A stretch of 64,000 nucleotides of DNA. Origin: Cetorhinus maximus. Lineage: Eukaryota. The position numbers and the translations under genes were made by a program. Within the stretch, counting starts at the first letter, position 1, and each line of letters starts with the position of its first letter. Below, piece by piece: positions 24,991 to 37,701 of this stretch. The notes beneath the pieces were generated by a model. The model searched no databases and was not told the origin of the DNA. It was given only the letters and a program-made list of their open reading frames with translations. The stretch covers positions 87,854,001 to 87,918,000 of the forward strand of contig NC_135881.1 in NCBI RefSeq assembly GCF_964194155.1, in the 5' to 3' direction.

Positions 24991-25603
24991 GGCCAGGATT
25001 TTCCCGTTGGCGAGCAGGAGGTGGGGCCCGCTCGCCAATGCATAAAATGATGCGCGGTGATGTCGGGTGGAACTCCCAACGTCACCGCGCCCGATTTAAA
25101 TTTTCAGGTAGGCAGGGGCTCAGCAAAATCAGCTGTGCACCCGCCGACCTGTCAATGGCTAATTGAGGCATTGACAGAGTTATTTAGGTAATTAATGGAC
25201 CTCCACGGGCGGGGTGAAGTTTCATGTAGGTTTTAAAGAATTTAATTAAAGTTTTTTTTAAAAGTGACGGACATGTCCCAACTCATGTGACAGTGTCACA
25301 TGAGGGGACATGTCAGGGATTTTTTTTCTCTATTTCTAATTTTTTTGCAATACAGCACTTAGCCTCAGGGAGATGAGTGCACTCTTTCGGGCGCATGCGC
25401 GAAAGAGCACGCTCTCGGGTTTAGGGATACCCCCTGCCCGCACAGGGAGTGCATAGCACTTTTTTGTGGACGTCACGCTGGGTGGGCCTTAATTGGCCCG
25501 CCCACGTAAAATGGCGCTGCGCCTCCAATTGGACGCCGATCGGAGGCGCGCCTGCTCTTCAACTCCCCCCCCCCCCACCTCCGGACGGGGGGAAAATCCT
25601 GGC
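24991..25603. mobile_element. Complete Harbinger-type MITE
   Basis: TIRs ggccaggattttccc / gggaaaatcctggc and TAA on both sides (24988-24990, 25604-25606). Both subterminal regions match the two ends of 18561-23015. Confidence 0.88.
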
Positions 25604-25999
25604 TAAGAGTTTGGGCAGTCTCAAACAGATGTGAATAGGTGCGGAGTATCACGTGTAAAATTCCCTACAAGTTGGTAGAAATTGCCAAGCTGATTCTCTG
25701 AAATTTTAAGGGTATCTAGTGTGAGAAATTGATTCATTCAGCTTGTAGGTGGTGTTCATCTGAGGCTGAGGATAAGCCTTTTGATTGAGGCAGTGTCGAA
25801 TGAGCTTCACACTGCATTTGGCAAGGAAGTGCTCACTATTGATAATAGATGATCAAAGTGGAAAAGTATTTAATTCCCCAGTAGTCACATCTATCACATT
25901 GATAAGCACAAGACAGAAAGTCCATACCACATCAACCTGGGACAACAAAAAAAGTCCCAACATTATAACAACGTATTGCAATATGTTTCACTCCAATAT

Positions 26000-27834
26000 T
26001 ATATCTAGTAATTATGTTAAATATTACTCATGTTGTAAAAAAAATTACAAATCACCAATCAAAGAAGAAATTGCAAAAATAGAGTAGTTTATTTGATTAA
26101 ATTGGTTTGAGGAGGTTTCTGAGATTAGTTCAATAACAAGCAAAGTAGAAGAAAATTAATTAAATACGTCTGATACTTAGATTAAGATAACCATGTGTAA
26201 AACAATCTGAAACTATTTAAACATATTAATTTAAGCTTACTCCAAAATTTACTTATTTATATTTACTATGTTGGTGAGATTAAGAATCTTAAATGTGCGG
26301 GAGTACTTTGACCATCTTACATACCCTACAATTGATGGGGAGGTATCTTGTGAATGTAACGTCTTCTGGTCACATTAATATCTCTTCTCCCTTGTCAAAC
26401 AGGTTAGATCTCAGCTAAAGTGATAATTTGCCTGTCTCTGTTATTTGTTTCTCTAAAAAAGCAGCATGTTACATTTAACTTGGAGTGGATAGGCACTAAT
26501 AGTTAAACATTTATTTAAGATTCAAAGAGGTTGATTTCAAATTTTTTTCTAAGTGATCTGCCTATATTGTATAATTTTCAAAAGAATTGTGTGCAGAAGT
26601 ACTAGGGAGCTGGCTGCAAATACGTATACAATTATATGGCTTAAAAATATTCATTTTCAAAAAAAAGAGATCAACTTGATTGGTAGGATAATTTATATTA
26701 AATGACCATGTTAAAATTATACAGTAATGTCACATGAAGCTTTCTCAAGAACACTTCAGGTCACCCAATGCAATGCGACTTATTAAAATTCTCAAGCTCA
26801 CCATGAGAAAGAATTGTGGCTACTGGGGCTCAGTATCACATTAGTGCAAGTTGAGCAATATGTCAGAATATTGAACTCAGTTATATAAATGTTATATCAA
26901 GGGTCTTATTTAGTGCAATTTTCAAATATTTCAGTTCAATATATATTGCAATTTATCTTCAGAACTGGAAATGTTCAGCTTCATCCCACAGAACATGAGC
27001 CTGACAACAACAAATCATAATCTGATTTCACCTTTAAACCAGCCATAAAATACCAGTTTTATTCAGTGAAGCTAAGGAAAATAGATTATTTTACATACAC
27101 TATATATTGCTAAATAAAATGGTTTGCATCGTATTTGCCTCTTTGAAATCCTGATCACATCAACTTCCAGTGCATATTACACAAATGGAGAAACAATTTA
27201 CATGAAGTGGAATTAAAAAAGCTGTCAATAACATTAGTTTAATTTTCTTTAGGCTGATTGCACTAGGAATAAAAACTTTCCAAAAGTGATTCCTATTTAG
27301 TCAATTAAGTAGAATTGTGATGGATTTTAAAGAAAATACAAATCAGTTAATTTTCAAACCTGCAGTTTTACAAATATTAAATCACCAAGTCTTGTGCTTT
27401 TGATATCTATTTCTCAGACATTACATTGTTTGGAATATCACCCTATTCTTTACTGTGATTTTTCCTAACTTTGGAATAGTAGATTTCTTACATATCAATC
27501 ATAGCATTCAATCAGAATATAATGTTTTAAGACATACTAATGGAGAATTTACAATAAAAGTAAATAAGAAATCAATTTTAATAAATCTAGTATTTTGAAA
27601 AGTTAAGCTGCTGCAAAATTGGTTTCACATAAATGTAATGGGAACTAAATGAAGAAATACACAAAAACAGGAATATCTTCAAAATCTATTCACGTATTTC
27701 TAGTCTGAGGTACTTAACTCTCACCAAAACCTGAGATCTAAGCCACACATAATTTTTTTTAAAAAAACTGTTGAGCCTGTATTTCATCATTAGCTCAGTA
27801 TTGTTTATACTTCCATGTACAGTTCTCCAGTGAG
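26000..27834 (-). other. ABCA13: Probable 3' UTR of the ABCA gene (end undefined)
   Basis: AT-rich stretch with no recognisable repeats downstream of the stop. Candidate AATAAA signals on the minus strand at 27058-27063, 26510-26515 and 26088-26093. Confidence 0.45.
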
Positions 27835-27906
27835 CTACACAGATGGGTTTGTTCTGTTGTTTTCTACAGCTGTTTGATCCAACTGGTGAGCAAAATTAAT
27901 AAACAC
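27835..27906 (-). CDS. ABCA13: ABCA transporter terminal coding exon (VFINFAHQLDQTAVENNRTNPSV*)
   Basis: caatag| acceptor, conserved ABCA VFxNFA motif, TAG at 27837-27835; 72 nt. Confidence 0.92.
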   Translation of the reverse strand: MFINFAHQLDQTAVENNRTNPSV

Positions 27907-28099
27907 CTATTGAGCAAAAAGAAATCTAATTATTAATCAGATAGATAATCAACTATTGTTACCGTGCAATCAACAGTGTACGTGCAAGGAACATAAGTCT
28001 ATAATGCATGATGAACTTAATTGCATTTTCATAAAATCTATATGAAATGCTACTATGAAACTTCGCAAGTTTCCCTAATCGCATAGCACTTCAAGAACT

Positions 28100-29596
28100 C
28101 TAGCCTGGATTATACGCTTCCCAGCCGGCAGGTTTGAAGGCGGGGTGCATGTAAGATCTAGCAGGCGGGCCCATCCACCCCTACACTATACAATTTTGCC
28201 AGCGGCGGTGCTGCTTTGGGCAGCCTACCTGGCAGTGGGTCAATTAATGCCCACATATGGGTCTCATTCTGCTGTCGATGGGATATAACCAGTGGTGACA
28301 GAGGCTAACGCCAAGCGCCTAGGCCGGCAGATTTCCCTGTTGGTGGGGGGGGTCGCTACTTAACAGGCCCCCTTGGCCCATCAAAGGCCCCTTTCCAAGG
28401 TGTTACCCCCCCTCCAGGTTCCCCTCCTCTATGACCTCTTAAAACTCCAGCTCCCCCCACGCTCCTTGCCGGGGCCTGTGAGCCTGGCAACATGGAAAAT
28501 CCCTGACTCACCTGCTGGACTGGATCTAGTACAACTTGCCTCCTAAAGCCCCGAATGCGGTACCAGCAGTGGCCACCGCTATAGCGATAGCACTGCCAAT
28601 GGAAAGCTACAGGTCTCTGATTGGCCGACAGCTCTCTGAGACAAGACGTAGCTGATCCAAAAGGTCAAGGTCAGCATCCAGCCCATCAACACACATTGGC
28701 TGATAGGCTGCGACTTTTTAGTCGCGGGCAGGGGGTGTAACGGTGGGGGCGAGTGGTGGGGCATCTGGTGGCCCATATAATTCAACTCTCTGGGTGAAAA
28801 ATGCGTAGCCCTAATTACATTCCCTAAACTTTTACAGTGAGGGAGAGTAAAGTGCAGCAGAGTAAAGAAGAGAAGAACAAGAGGTAGAGAAGGTTTTAAG
28901 AAACCATCCCACACTTCCTACCAGCAAGATGAAAACCATGCTGGCCACTTTGAAGGTCCAGGGAGGGCTCATAAAATCCACTAAGTGGCCTGACCGGACT
29001 CTCAAAGTTTGCATGGGGTGGTGGAGATGCAGGCAACCACCTATCCCAGGGCCTATTGAAGCCCTTAAATGGCCAATTGATAGCCACTTAAGGGCCTCAT
29101 CCTGCCATTGCCACCATTTTACCTACGGCAGGGAAAGGCCCATGCCATGAAGGAAGCCCGGCAGCTTTAGCTGTGTGGGCTGGTGTTGGGCGAGGGAATC
29201 TACTTTGCAGGTCCTCTAAGCCCATCGGAGGCACCCCCTCTCCCTCCAGGTCATCCTCCCCTCTTGCCTCTCAAACTCAGCATCCCAAACCCTTCGCCTG
29301 GTGCCGGCAATACCCCTTTCAGGCTCCTCTTTATCGGGACTGCCTGTAATCCCAACAGCGGCCACTTCTCCAGCCTGGGACTGCTGAGACTACAGAGCTC
29401 CCAGCCATCCAATTGGCTGGCAGTTCTCTAAGGCAGCACTTCCTCCTGAGATAGGGGTAGAAGTCCCACCTTAAAGTAACTGATGCTGTTCCCAGCATTA
29501 AATTGCTGAGGGACAGCTATCACTATGGTGGGCAGACTCATCACCAACTTTTTCTTCGGGTGGTTGGGGGCCACAGTGTCCCATAAAATCCAGCCC
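28100..29596. mobile_element. Two degenerate GC-rich Harbinger-type non-autonomous elements
   Basis: Family motifs (ccaattaa, ctgattggc) and a TIR-like end aaaatccagccc near 29596. Boundaries approximate. Confidence 0.5.
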
Positions 29597-30285
29597 CATG
29601 GCTGTGATATTAGTATTATTTTCAGCATTACAGATTGTGAGCTGAAACCCGGCTAGCCCTATCCACTAAATTAATTAAATACAAGTATCTAGTATTAACA
29701 CTACTCAGTAAAGAGGCTAGTCTTCAAGTGTATGAGCTAACTGTAGCGCAGAGCCTTGTGGATGGATTTATGCAGTATCAAGATGACAGCCCGTGATGCC
29801 AGTTCTGCAGTGAGCTGTTACTTTGAATGATTTGTAGATTAGCCTTGTAGATTACGACTTCTAGATTAGCCTTGCAAGCAACTGTTGCAACTCTTACCTT
29901 GCAAGCTGCAAGAAGGTTCAGCTAACAGCAGGAAAGAAGTGTGGAATTCAGAGTCAGATGTGCAATTAATTCCCCTAGTCCTCAGGCAACCCTTATAAAA
30001 TGTCTGTTATTTCACACCTTTCAGTGTCATATGTCAATATAAGCATCAAAGGAAACTGACCAGTCCATAAGCAAACAAAAGGAATAAGCATAGAATAAAA
30101 TGATAAAAAATGTAAGAGGAAAAGGGAAAAAGGTTTCACCTTGCTTTGTTTTGTGAACACCGTACAATTGGGATTTTACTGGCTTGTATTAATAATGCAC
30201 AAATATTAGCAGTTCTGAGGAAATAATATTAGCACTGATCGCAGTTGGCCTTTTTTTGTCTACATATCAAATGTTTGTACTATAC

Positions 30286-30423
30286 CTGGTCTAGAGTAGC
30301 TTGGCTAATGGAATAGTGTTTGATGTTGAGTTCCTCTTTATTGTTCTCAAGAAACTGGAACATCTTTGCTAAATCTCCTTTTTTCTGTGGCACCTGATAC
30401 TCCAGAGAACAGTGATGTTGTTC
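30286..30423 (-). CDS. ABCA13: ABCA exon ([12 protein letters not shown]...[13 protein letters not shown])
   Basis: cccag| ... |gtata, 138 nt, phase 0/0; regulatory-domain motif YSISQxTLDQ. Confidence 0.93.
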
Positions 30424-30789
30424 CTGGGATAAAGGAATGCAGTGAAGATGAATTACATAGATTACAATCTTACATTACAATATTGTATTGTATTGAGTTG
30501 CAGATTGCAAATTTAGCCCTTTATTCTTCAGAAGGATCATAGCCCTCGGCCCTCCCATTAATCACCACAGGTTCAATTTAAAAACTTTATCCCTCCTTTT
30601 CTTTTCCCTTTGTAAAAGGGATCTTAAAATAGAGGCATTTCCAGAATCTGATTCTTTTAATACTCTGGGGTGAAAACAAATAGGTGAGAAAATTGCAGAT
30701 AAATCTTTCCAAATTTTCTAAAATTCTCTAGATTTGGGGATTGTGTGTTTGGATTTTAAAATTGCAATTGTCACTCCATTGTTTAAGAA

Positions 30790-31816
30790 GGGTTTTTATT
30801 CATTTATGGGATGTGGGCATCGCTGGCTAGGCCAGCATTTATTGCCCATCCCTAATTGCCCTATCTGCTGCCCTTGTCCTTCTAGATGGCAGCAGTCATG
30901 GGTTTGGAAGGTGCTGCCTAAGGTTCCTTGGTGAGTTGCTGCAGTGCATCTTGTAGATGGTACACACTGCTGCTACTGTACGTTGCTGGTGGAGGGAGTG
31001 AATGTTTATGGCAGGGATGCCAATCAAGCAGCTGACAGGGAGAAACAAGCGGGGGAGGAGTTGGGTTGTCGATTAAGCCATTTGAGAGCTTAATTAAGTG
31101 TACTTTCCTGATGCCATCTGGACTTTATAGTCACTGTTCAGGCAACTTGCTGAGCTAAGAGCTCGTCCGAGGAACATTGGTGGGCTCCCAGCAGCAGGCC
31201 AGGTTGCTTTTGGAGCCAGAGGCTCTATTGAATTGGGAAGGTGCTGGCTAATAAATGGTCACTACTACATCAGTTACTGTGGGAGGCTGGCAGCTCTTCA
31301 GTCCCACCAGCACTACCTGGAGCAGTGGCCACTGCTGGTACTGCAGCAGACCCCCAACCAGAGGCTAGTGATGGTGGCCTGAGAAAAAGGTAATTGGGGA
31401 TGGCTCACCTGGGCTAGTCAACAGGTCCCAGTGAGCAGGCCAGGGGGATGGAGGGTGTGGAGGGCTGATGTGTATGGTGGATGGGGCTCTTACAGTGGGG
31501 GTGGCCCTTACTGCTGGCGGAGCCCTGCCTAAGGCATGGGGCACAGGGCATGCAATCGGGAGGACCTCCTACCCCTGGTGGCATGCCCATGTGGCATGGG
31601 CATCTCCCCATTGCTAGTAGAACACCAGTGGTGGTGGGATGGGGCTCTTCAGTGGCTCTTAATTGGCCAATTATGGGCCTCAATTGGGCTAGGTCTGGGA
31701 AGGGTGACCTCGAAGGAAGGTGATGGGCTCTCCACCCCATGCCTCTCCACTTCATTATACAGTAGGCCCTGTTACCCAGCCTGCTCCTAGGCAAGAGAGG
31801 GCATTAAATTCTGCCC
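30790..31816. mobile_element. LINE family B 3' fragment (minus, ~30790-31030) followed by a Harbinger-type element ending aaattctgccc
   Basis: Homology to other copies in the window; TIR ending at 31816. Confidence 0.6.
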
Positions 31817-32161
31817 ATCAAGTGGTCCTTTAAATGGCCCCAAAGCTTAGCCCATCTTGCTTCATTATGCTTGTTGCTTCAAGACTGAATAAGGAAGGTG
31901 TTGCCTGCACATTCGTTGACCAATTTTGGTATGATAGCATTGCGTCAGCCTATTGACATTAATGGTGTCATGATGATGCACATCCAAAGACTTGGCACAC
32001 ATGCAGAGGATGTGTGTGTGGTGTGCGCATTACTGGAGTTCAGTTCTGCGTGGACCACATGGGACTTTCCTATTAGTTTAAATCTGTGCTTTTCTTACAC
32101 AACTTTCTAATTGCACTTTCCTGTGGTACATAGTTGTCAGTTTCTATTTTATATAAAATAC

Positions 32162-32267
32162 CTTTAAGATTGTGCCTGGGAAGTGTGTCTCCAGCAGATC
32201 TGTGAGCTGTACTGAACCAGTTGATTTTCGGCTGAGGCCTACTTTAACTGAATAAACCTCACCAAAC
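32162..32267 (-). CDS. ABCA13: ABCA exon (FGEVYSVKVGL...THFPGTILK)
   Basis: gattag| ... |gtattt, 106 nt, phase 2/0; matches FGDGYTVKV...FPG of ABCA proteins. Confidence 0.92.
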
Positions 32268-34377
32268 CTAATCGACAAAGAAAATGATGAGTTATGGTAA
32301 ACTGAAGGTAATGTATAAATTCAAAGTTTTCATATATAAATAATTATTACATTACCAGGAAAGTCTAAAATCCTAAGAAAACTTTTACATTAAAACATAG
32401 CCCAGTTTCCTGGATCATCGGCATTTTACATTGAAAAGAACTCATTCCCTCACCGATAGATCTTACAGCAATTTTCAACCCCATTTCTTGGTGAATTCCT
32501 TAGTATATGGCAGATAAGCAAATCAGCATAAAACTCCCACCTCGGAATTTCCTTCAGTATTAACAAGCCATGAGGTGCATGGTGAGCAGAAATGTCATTC
32601 TTTGGGGTGAGGTGTGGGTGTGGCATGCTCATCCTCTTTTTTGTCTGAATTAATCTGGCTAATCTGTCAAAATCATCTGGGTGCATTGAGTGCTGCCACT
32701 TTTTGAAATCTATACATGGTGTTGATGAACTGTTTAAAATTGATTTAATGTCAATATATATTTTGTTTAATTTTTGGACCTCAGTTTTTTTTATTGAAAT
32801 CTTCCAAGTTATACCAGCAGTATCATTCATCCTCTACAGACATGCCATCAGTGACTGAGGAAAAAAGTGCAAGAAAGGCAGCCTGCACCTTAAAGAAGGG
32901 GCAGGTATGATTTTCTTCTGTCTGAATATGGCCATTATAGTTTTACCGATTGGTAAGAAAATTGGTCTCAGTTTGCACTTAACATGAACGCTTAAAGGGA
33001 AACAGGCAATAAATACGTTAAAGTGGTGAGCATATGTTAAAAACAACTTACATTTATATAGTACCTGAAGGTAATAAAACACCCCAAGGTGTTTCACAGG
33101 AGCATTATAAAACAAAATACGATGTCACATAAGGAGATATTAGGTTAGATGACCAAAATCTTAGTCAAAGAGGTAGGTTTTATGGAGGGTCTTAAAAATA
33201 GAAGATTGGAGCAATTTTAATCTGGGGTGCTCTTGTTGGCATCATTCCATCAATGAGAGATGATGGACCCACAGCAAACAATCTATTTAGTGGGGTGTCT
33301 TCATTTGGTGTATATTTGCTGATGGCTGTGAAGATAATCCTTGAGGAGCAGGTTTTGCCACAAGCGCCGCATGTGAAGTTGCCAAGTAATGATGCAGGCT
33401 GTTGTTTTCACTGTTAGCACCTATTGTTTAAGTCACTATAGCCATTGGTTGTCATGGTGGTGCATGCCAGCCCATGGGGATGTCACCATTTCCTTCTTTC
33501 GCAAGCTGGTGACTTCCAGCTGCGATAATCAATGTTTAGGGCCTTCTTGTTATGCTTGCAAGCATTTTTGAAGTGGAACATTGGTCATCTGGCTACAGCT
33601 ATCTCACCACACAGAAGGTCCTTGGGTTGTGACGGAAGTATAATAATTTTCATAATATTCTTCTGGTTTATTGTGAAGTAGGTTTATGGGGGTAAGTATA
33701 GTAAGTATCGGTGTGATTTAATTACATTTGGAGTAAAGTAGACTGCAAGCTTGAAATCATCAAAAGAAGCTAGGTGTTTGATATGCTAATGAGTAAACAT
33801 GGATGTTGGCTTAGCATGTAAGATGTGAAAGGAATTTGCATTTTTGGATAAATAAAGGGATTGTTGGATTTCAAAGGGATCTTAGTCGGTTTACAACTAG
33901 CCAGATAAGCAAGGCTAAGGAGCATGTTTATTTTTCCCAAAGGTTACGGACAATATTGGCAACATGAAAGTTTTTATATTATGAGGAAGATACAGTTTCA
34001 AAGATATATGGAATCATAGAATTTGCATATTAAAAAAAGAGAAACATATGTAAAGGGGGATGAAAGGCTATGTGGGAGCAGGCCATGTAAGATCCAACTG
34101 GTGTGTGTGAAGTAGCCTTAATGAAGCCTCCAGCCATTTGTGCATAATTCTGCTATATAATGAAACTGAAGTTGGGGAAAAGCCATTTGGAATTCCATTG
34201 TCAAATGGGTATTGTGTTAACTTGCTGGTTCTGTTTTAAATCTAAAATCTATTTTGGACTGTTGCCTTAAAGGGGTTGTAACTGAGGTTCAGGTTAGTTA
34301 GGAATTTTAGGAGTTATTATGGTAGTAAGTAATTGTAATCTTATGTATGTTCTTGAAATATTTTATTTTGTTAATAA

Positions 34378-34655
34378 TGTCACGACTCACTGGAGATATT
34401 GTGCTGTAAAATCAAGCCCCATTATTCCTCGAGCTGCGACAATGTGAAAAAGTTTGACTAAACCACCAGATTGCCTCAATTCTACCTAACTGTTTATTCA
34501 GATTAACAGAGCACGAGCACCAGGTTTGTAAACTTAATAAGTAAATAACTGTTTATTGAATAAATTATCTTTAACTAGTGGCAAAGGAAAGAAATACGAC
34601 CTGCTAACTTTCAACTCAATGACTTAAACTCTGCCCCTTGTTAAACCCCAATACA

Positions 34656-34691
<36 letters not shown>

Positions 34692-35303
34692 TAAGACACA
34701 AAAAACATGGATTTTAAGGGTGAGATAAAACAGTTCAATAGTGCCAATCCAGAGTACAGGATTAGATGGGTTGACTTTGATTGATGTCTTTAAATTCCTT
34801 GCAGTTTGTTGTTGATGACACGAGGTGGTCTCCCAGCACTTTCAGGCTGTGGTTCACTGGTTGAAAAACTTGCTTTTCAATGTCTCTTCTGGCAATCTTT
34901 CCCCTTTTCCTCTTGACAGGGGTTTTCAGAGAAAGCAGGTTACAGAGATGTGAGGGATAGTCAGCTAGCTATTATGGCAGAATTGCTGGAATCGTATACA
35001 CTAGAGAGAGAGGTTTCAGGTCTTCCATCTTTTCAGGCTAGGAGCTGTTCTGTTTGCACTGTTACCACACAAACCCCGAGTCACCCTGTCAGGAGCTAAT
35101 TAAAATACTGTCATCATGCAGTTCCCCTTAGTCCAGGACCCCTTTCTGGCACCATCCTGTTCTCTTATGGCATCCTATGTTCCAGGATAGCAACATTGTA
35201 GATATTCCTCACCCTGCTCCAGTGAACACGTCTTTCAACTGCAGCCATAATAGTTTTTTTAAAGCCACAGTCCAAGAAAAATTTTAAAAATGAGTTTGTT
35301 ACA
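34378..35303 (-). mobile_element. Solo LTR B (inner), inserted in LTR A
   Basis: TGTCAC...GTTACA ends with a perfect 4-bp TSD ataa (34374-34377, 35304-35307). Strand is tentative. Confidence 0.8.
34659..34689. repeat. (AC)n microsatellite
   Basis: About 15 uninterrupted AC units inside LTR B. Confidence 0.95.
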
Positions 35304-37608
35304 ATAAATATTTTAATTTAAATTTTAAAATCTTTAAAGGTCTTGGTGGACTTATTACTTCTGAATTCAATGCACACATCTTGTAATAAATACGAATTGC
35401 AAAATCGCTGTGATAGCGTGACCAAGTTTCCCTTGCGGATTTAGTCTGCCTGGCCACACATCATCTGCCATGCCATAACAGGTATACAACCGTCTTCCAT
35501 CCTGTGGACATGCCCAATCCACCAAAGCCACCTCTGTTTGATTAATGCCAACACACGTGGGAACTGTGCCTTTGAAAGGACTGCTGTACTCATGATTTTG
35601 TCTGACCAGGATATACCCATAATGCATCCCAGACAATGAAGATTGAAATTATTTAGCTTTCTTTCCTGGTAGCTGTAAGTCATCCATGTTTCACAGCCAT
35701 ACACAGTAGGTTGATGAGAACACAGGCCTTTTAACCCATCAGCTTGTTCTTCAGGGTCAGCTTGTTGTTAATCCATGCACATTTCACGAGTTGGTCAAAG
35801 GTGGTAGCTGCCTTCCCTATATGTGTATCAAATTCTGCATCAAGGATAGATTGTCTGTCACTGTGGACCCAAAGCATCAGAATTTGCTAATCACTTCCAG
35901 AGAGATGTTATTTAGTGTGATCAGGGGTGTAGATGGAACACCTTGTTCCCTGACCATGGTTTTCTTGATGCTTATAGTCAGGGACAACAAGTTATAGGCA
36001 TGGGAGATAGAACACATGAGTCTTTGTAGCTGAGTTTCTGTGCGGGCAGTATCATCAGCATAGGGGAGTTCCCTGATCAGGACGCGATGTGTTCTTTTGT
36101 CTTTGCTTTCAGTCTTGATGGACTGTAGAACTTGCCATCTGACCTAGTGTGCAAGTGGACTGCTTCCATATCTACATGGAAGGTAAAGACAAGAACATGG
36201 AGAAGAAGATACCAAACAGAGTGGGGACTAGGACACAACTCTGTTGCACTCCATTCTTCACTCTGAAACTGTCAGAAGTGGAGCCATCAAACTGTACAGT
36301 GCTGTGCATGTTGTCATGGAAGGAGTAAATGAGACTGAGGAGCTTTGGTGGATAGCCAATTTTTCCCAAAATCTTGTTGAGTCATGCTCTGCTGATGGTG
36401 TTGAATGCTTTAGCAAGATCTACAAAGGTAAGGTAACACTTGTAGCTGTTGTATGGAGAAGATTGTGTCTAAAGTAGATCTGTCAGCAAGGAAACTGCAC
36501 CATGCTTCTGGGTATACTTGATCTGCAAATCGATGGAGTCTTTTCAGTATGATCCAGGCAAAGGCCTTCCCAGTGATGCTAAGGAGTGAAATGCCCCTGC
36601 AGTTGTTGCAGTTTCCTCTGTTGTCTTTGTTTTTGTATAATGTGGTGATTTTGCCATCATGTATCTCCTGAGGAATGGAGCCTACCTTGCATCAGAGAAG
36701 GAGAGGGACATGAAGGTGTGGCAATAGATGAGACTTTCCATACTTGAGTAGTCGGCTGGGGTTCATCCTTGTTGTGTGCCCTTGTGTTTGCTAAGCAGTC
36801 TATGGCCTTCTCAAACTCAAGTGATGAGGATTCTTCATCTAACTCATCCATGACAGGATACTGCAAGATAGATTCAAGTGCAGACTGGGAGATGTCCAAC
36901 TAACAGGAGTACAGCCCACAGTCATGTTTGACTCAGCTGACATCTGTTTACTTCTATCGGTGAGTACTTCACTATCTGCTGACATCAGAGGAGAAACTCT
37001 GGTGATAGTAGGGCCAAGCGCCCTCTTGATTCCTTATGCATAGCTCGTAGGTTTCCATTGTCACAGGCAACTTGGATTTCTTGACGTAAGTTGATCCAGT
37101 GTTTGTGTAGTATCTCCTGTTCTTTTGCAAGGCTGTTTTGGCTATTTTCATGTCGTACAGTGAAAACACTGCTGCTGGTTTACATTGTGTATCATGTAGG
37201 CTTTATTTTTGCATCAATGACAGATATCTTCTCAGCTGAGTGGGATGCTCAAGAGGCCAGGAGTCGATGAGCATAGATGTCTTGGAAAGCTAGGGAAGAC
37301 TACAGGGATAGGAAACAACAAGGCCATATGGCAGGATTTGAAAACAAAGATGAGAATTTTAAGACCCAGACATTGCTTGACCAGGAGCCAATGAGGTTCA
37401 CAAGTACAGGGATGATAGGTGAACAGATTTTAGTTAAGACACAGGCAGCAGGGTTTTGGATAGCTTTGAGTTTATGGACATTGGGAGAATAGACAGAAGT
37501 GCATTTAAACAGCCAAGTCTAGAGGTACAAATGAATGAGGAATAAAAGGATGTGATACGCTTGAAAGAAGATCAGCATTTGCAGATTCCTACTGGCTGTA
37601 AAACGTAC

Positions 37609-37701
37609 CTGTTTTTTATATGCTTGGGAGAACCAATACATTTTAATTTCCCATTTACCATAATGGCAAGTCTTGTACACAAAGCTTCACATTCCTCCAT
37701 A
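37609..37701 (-). CDS. ABCA13: ABCA exon ([30 protein letters not shown])
   Basis: ttcag| ... |gtacg, 93 nt, phase 2/2; hallmark [15 protein letters not shown]. Confidence 0.96.

Larger units (their letters stand above)
33628..35480 (+). mobile_element. Solo LTR A (outer), inserted in the RTE LINE
   Basis: TGTGAC...TAACA ends; ggt duplicated on both sides; removal restores RTE GCIPKDLL. TATA-like ctatataa at ~34154. Confidence 0.8.
33230..37250 (-). mobile_element. RTE-clade (BovB-like) LINE, decayed, split by a solo LTR
   Basis: NGVQQSCVLVPTLFGIFF, PYADD (~36051-36065), YGCETW, WIGHVHRMEDG|PKDLL and C-terminal FTCGACGKTCSSR. Confidence 0.88.

Noticed and set aside
27835-27850. Class I PDZ-binding C-terminus
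   Set aside because: The protein ends NPSV; the -2 residue is Pro, not Ser/Thr.
32889-32990. Candidate 102-nt ABCA exon (tttaag|...|gtgcag)
   Set aside because: Open in frame but has no ABCA similarity; the expected exon is at 32162-32267.
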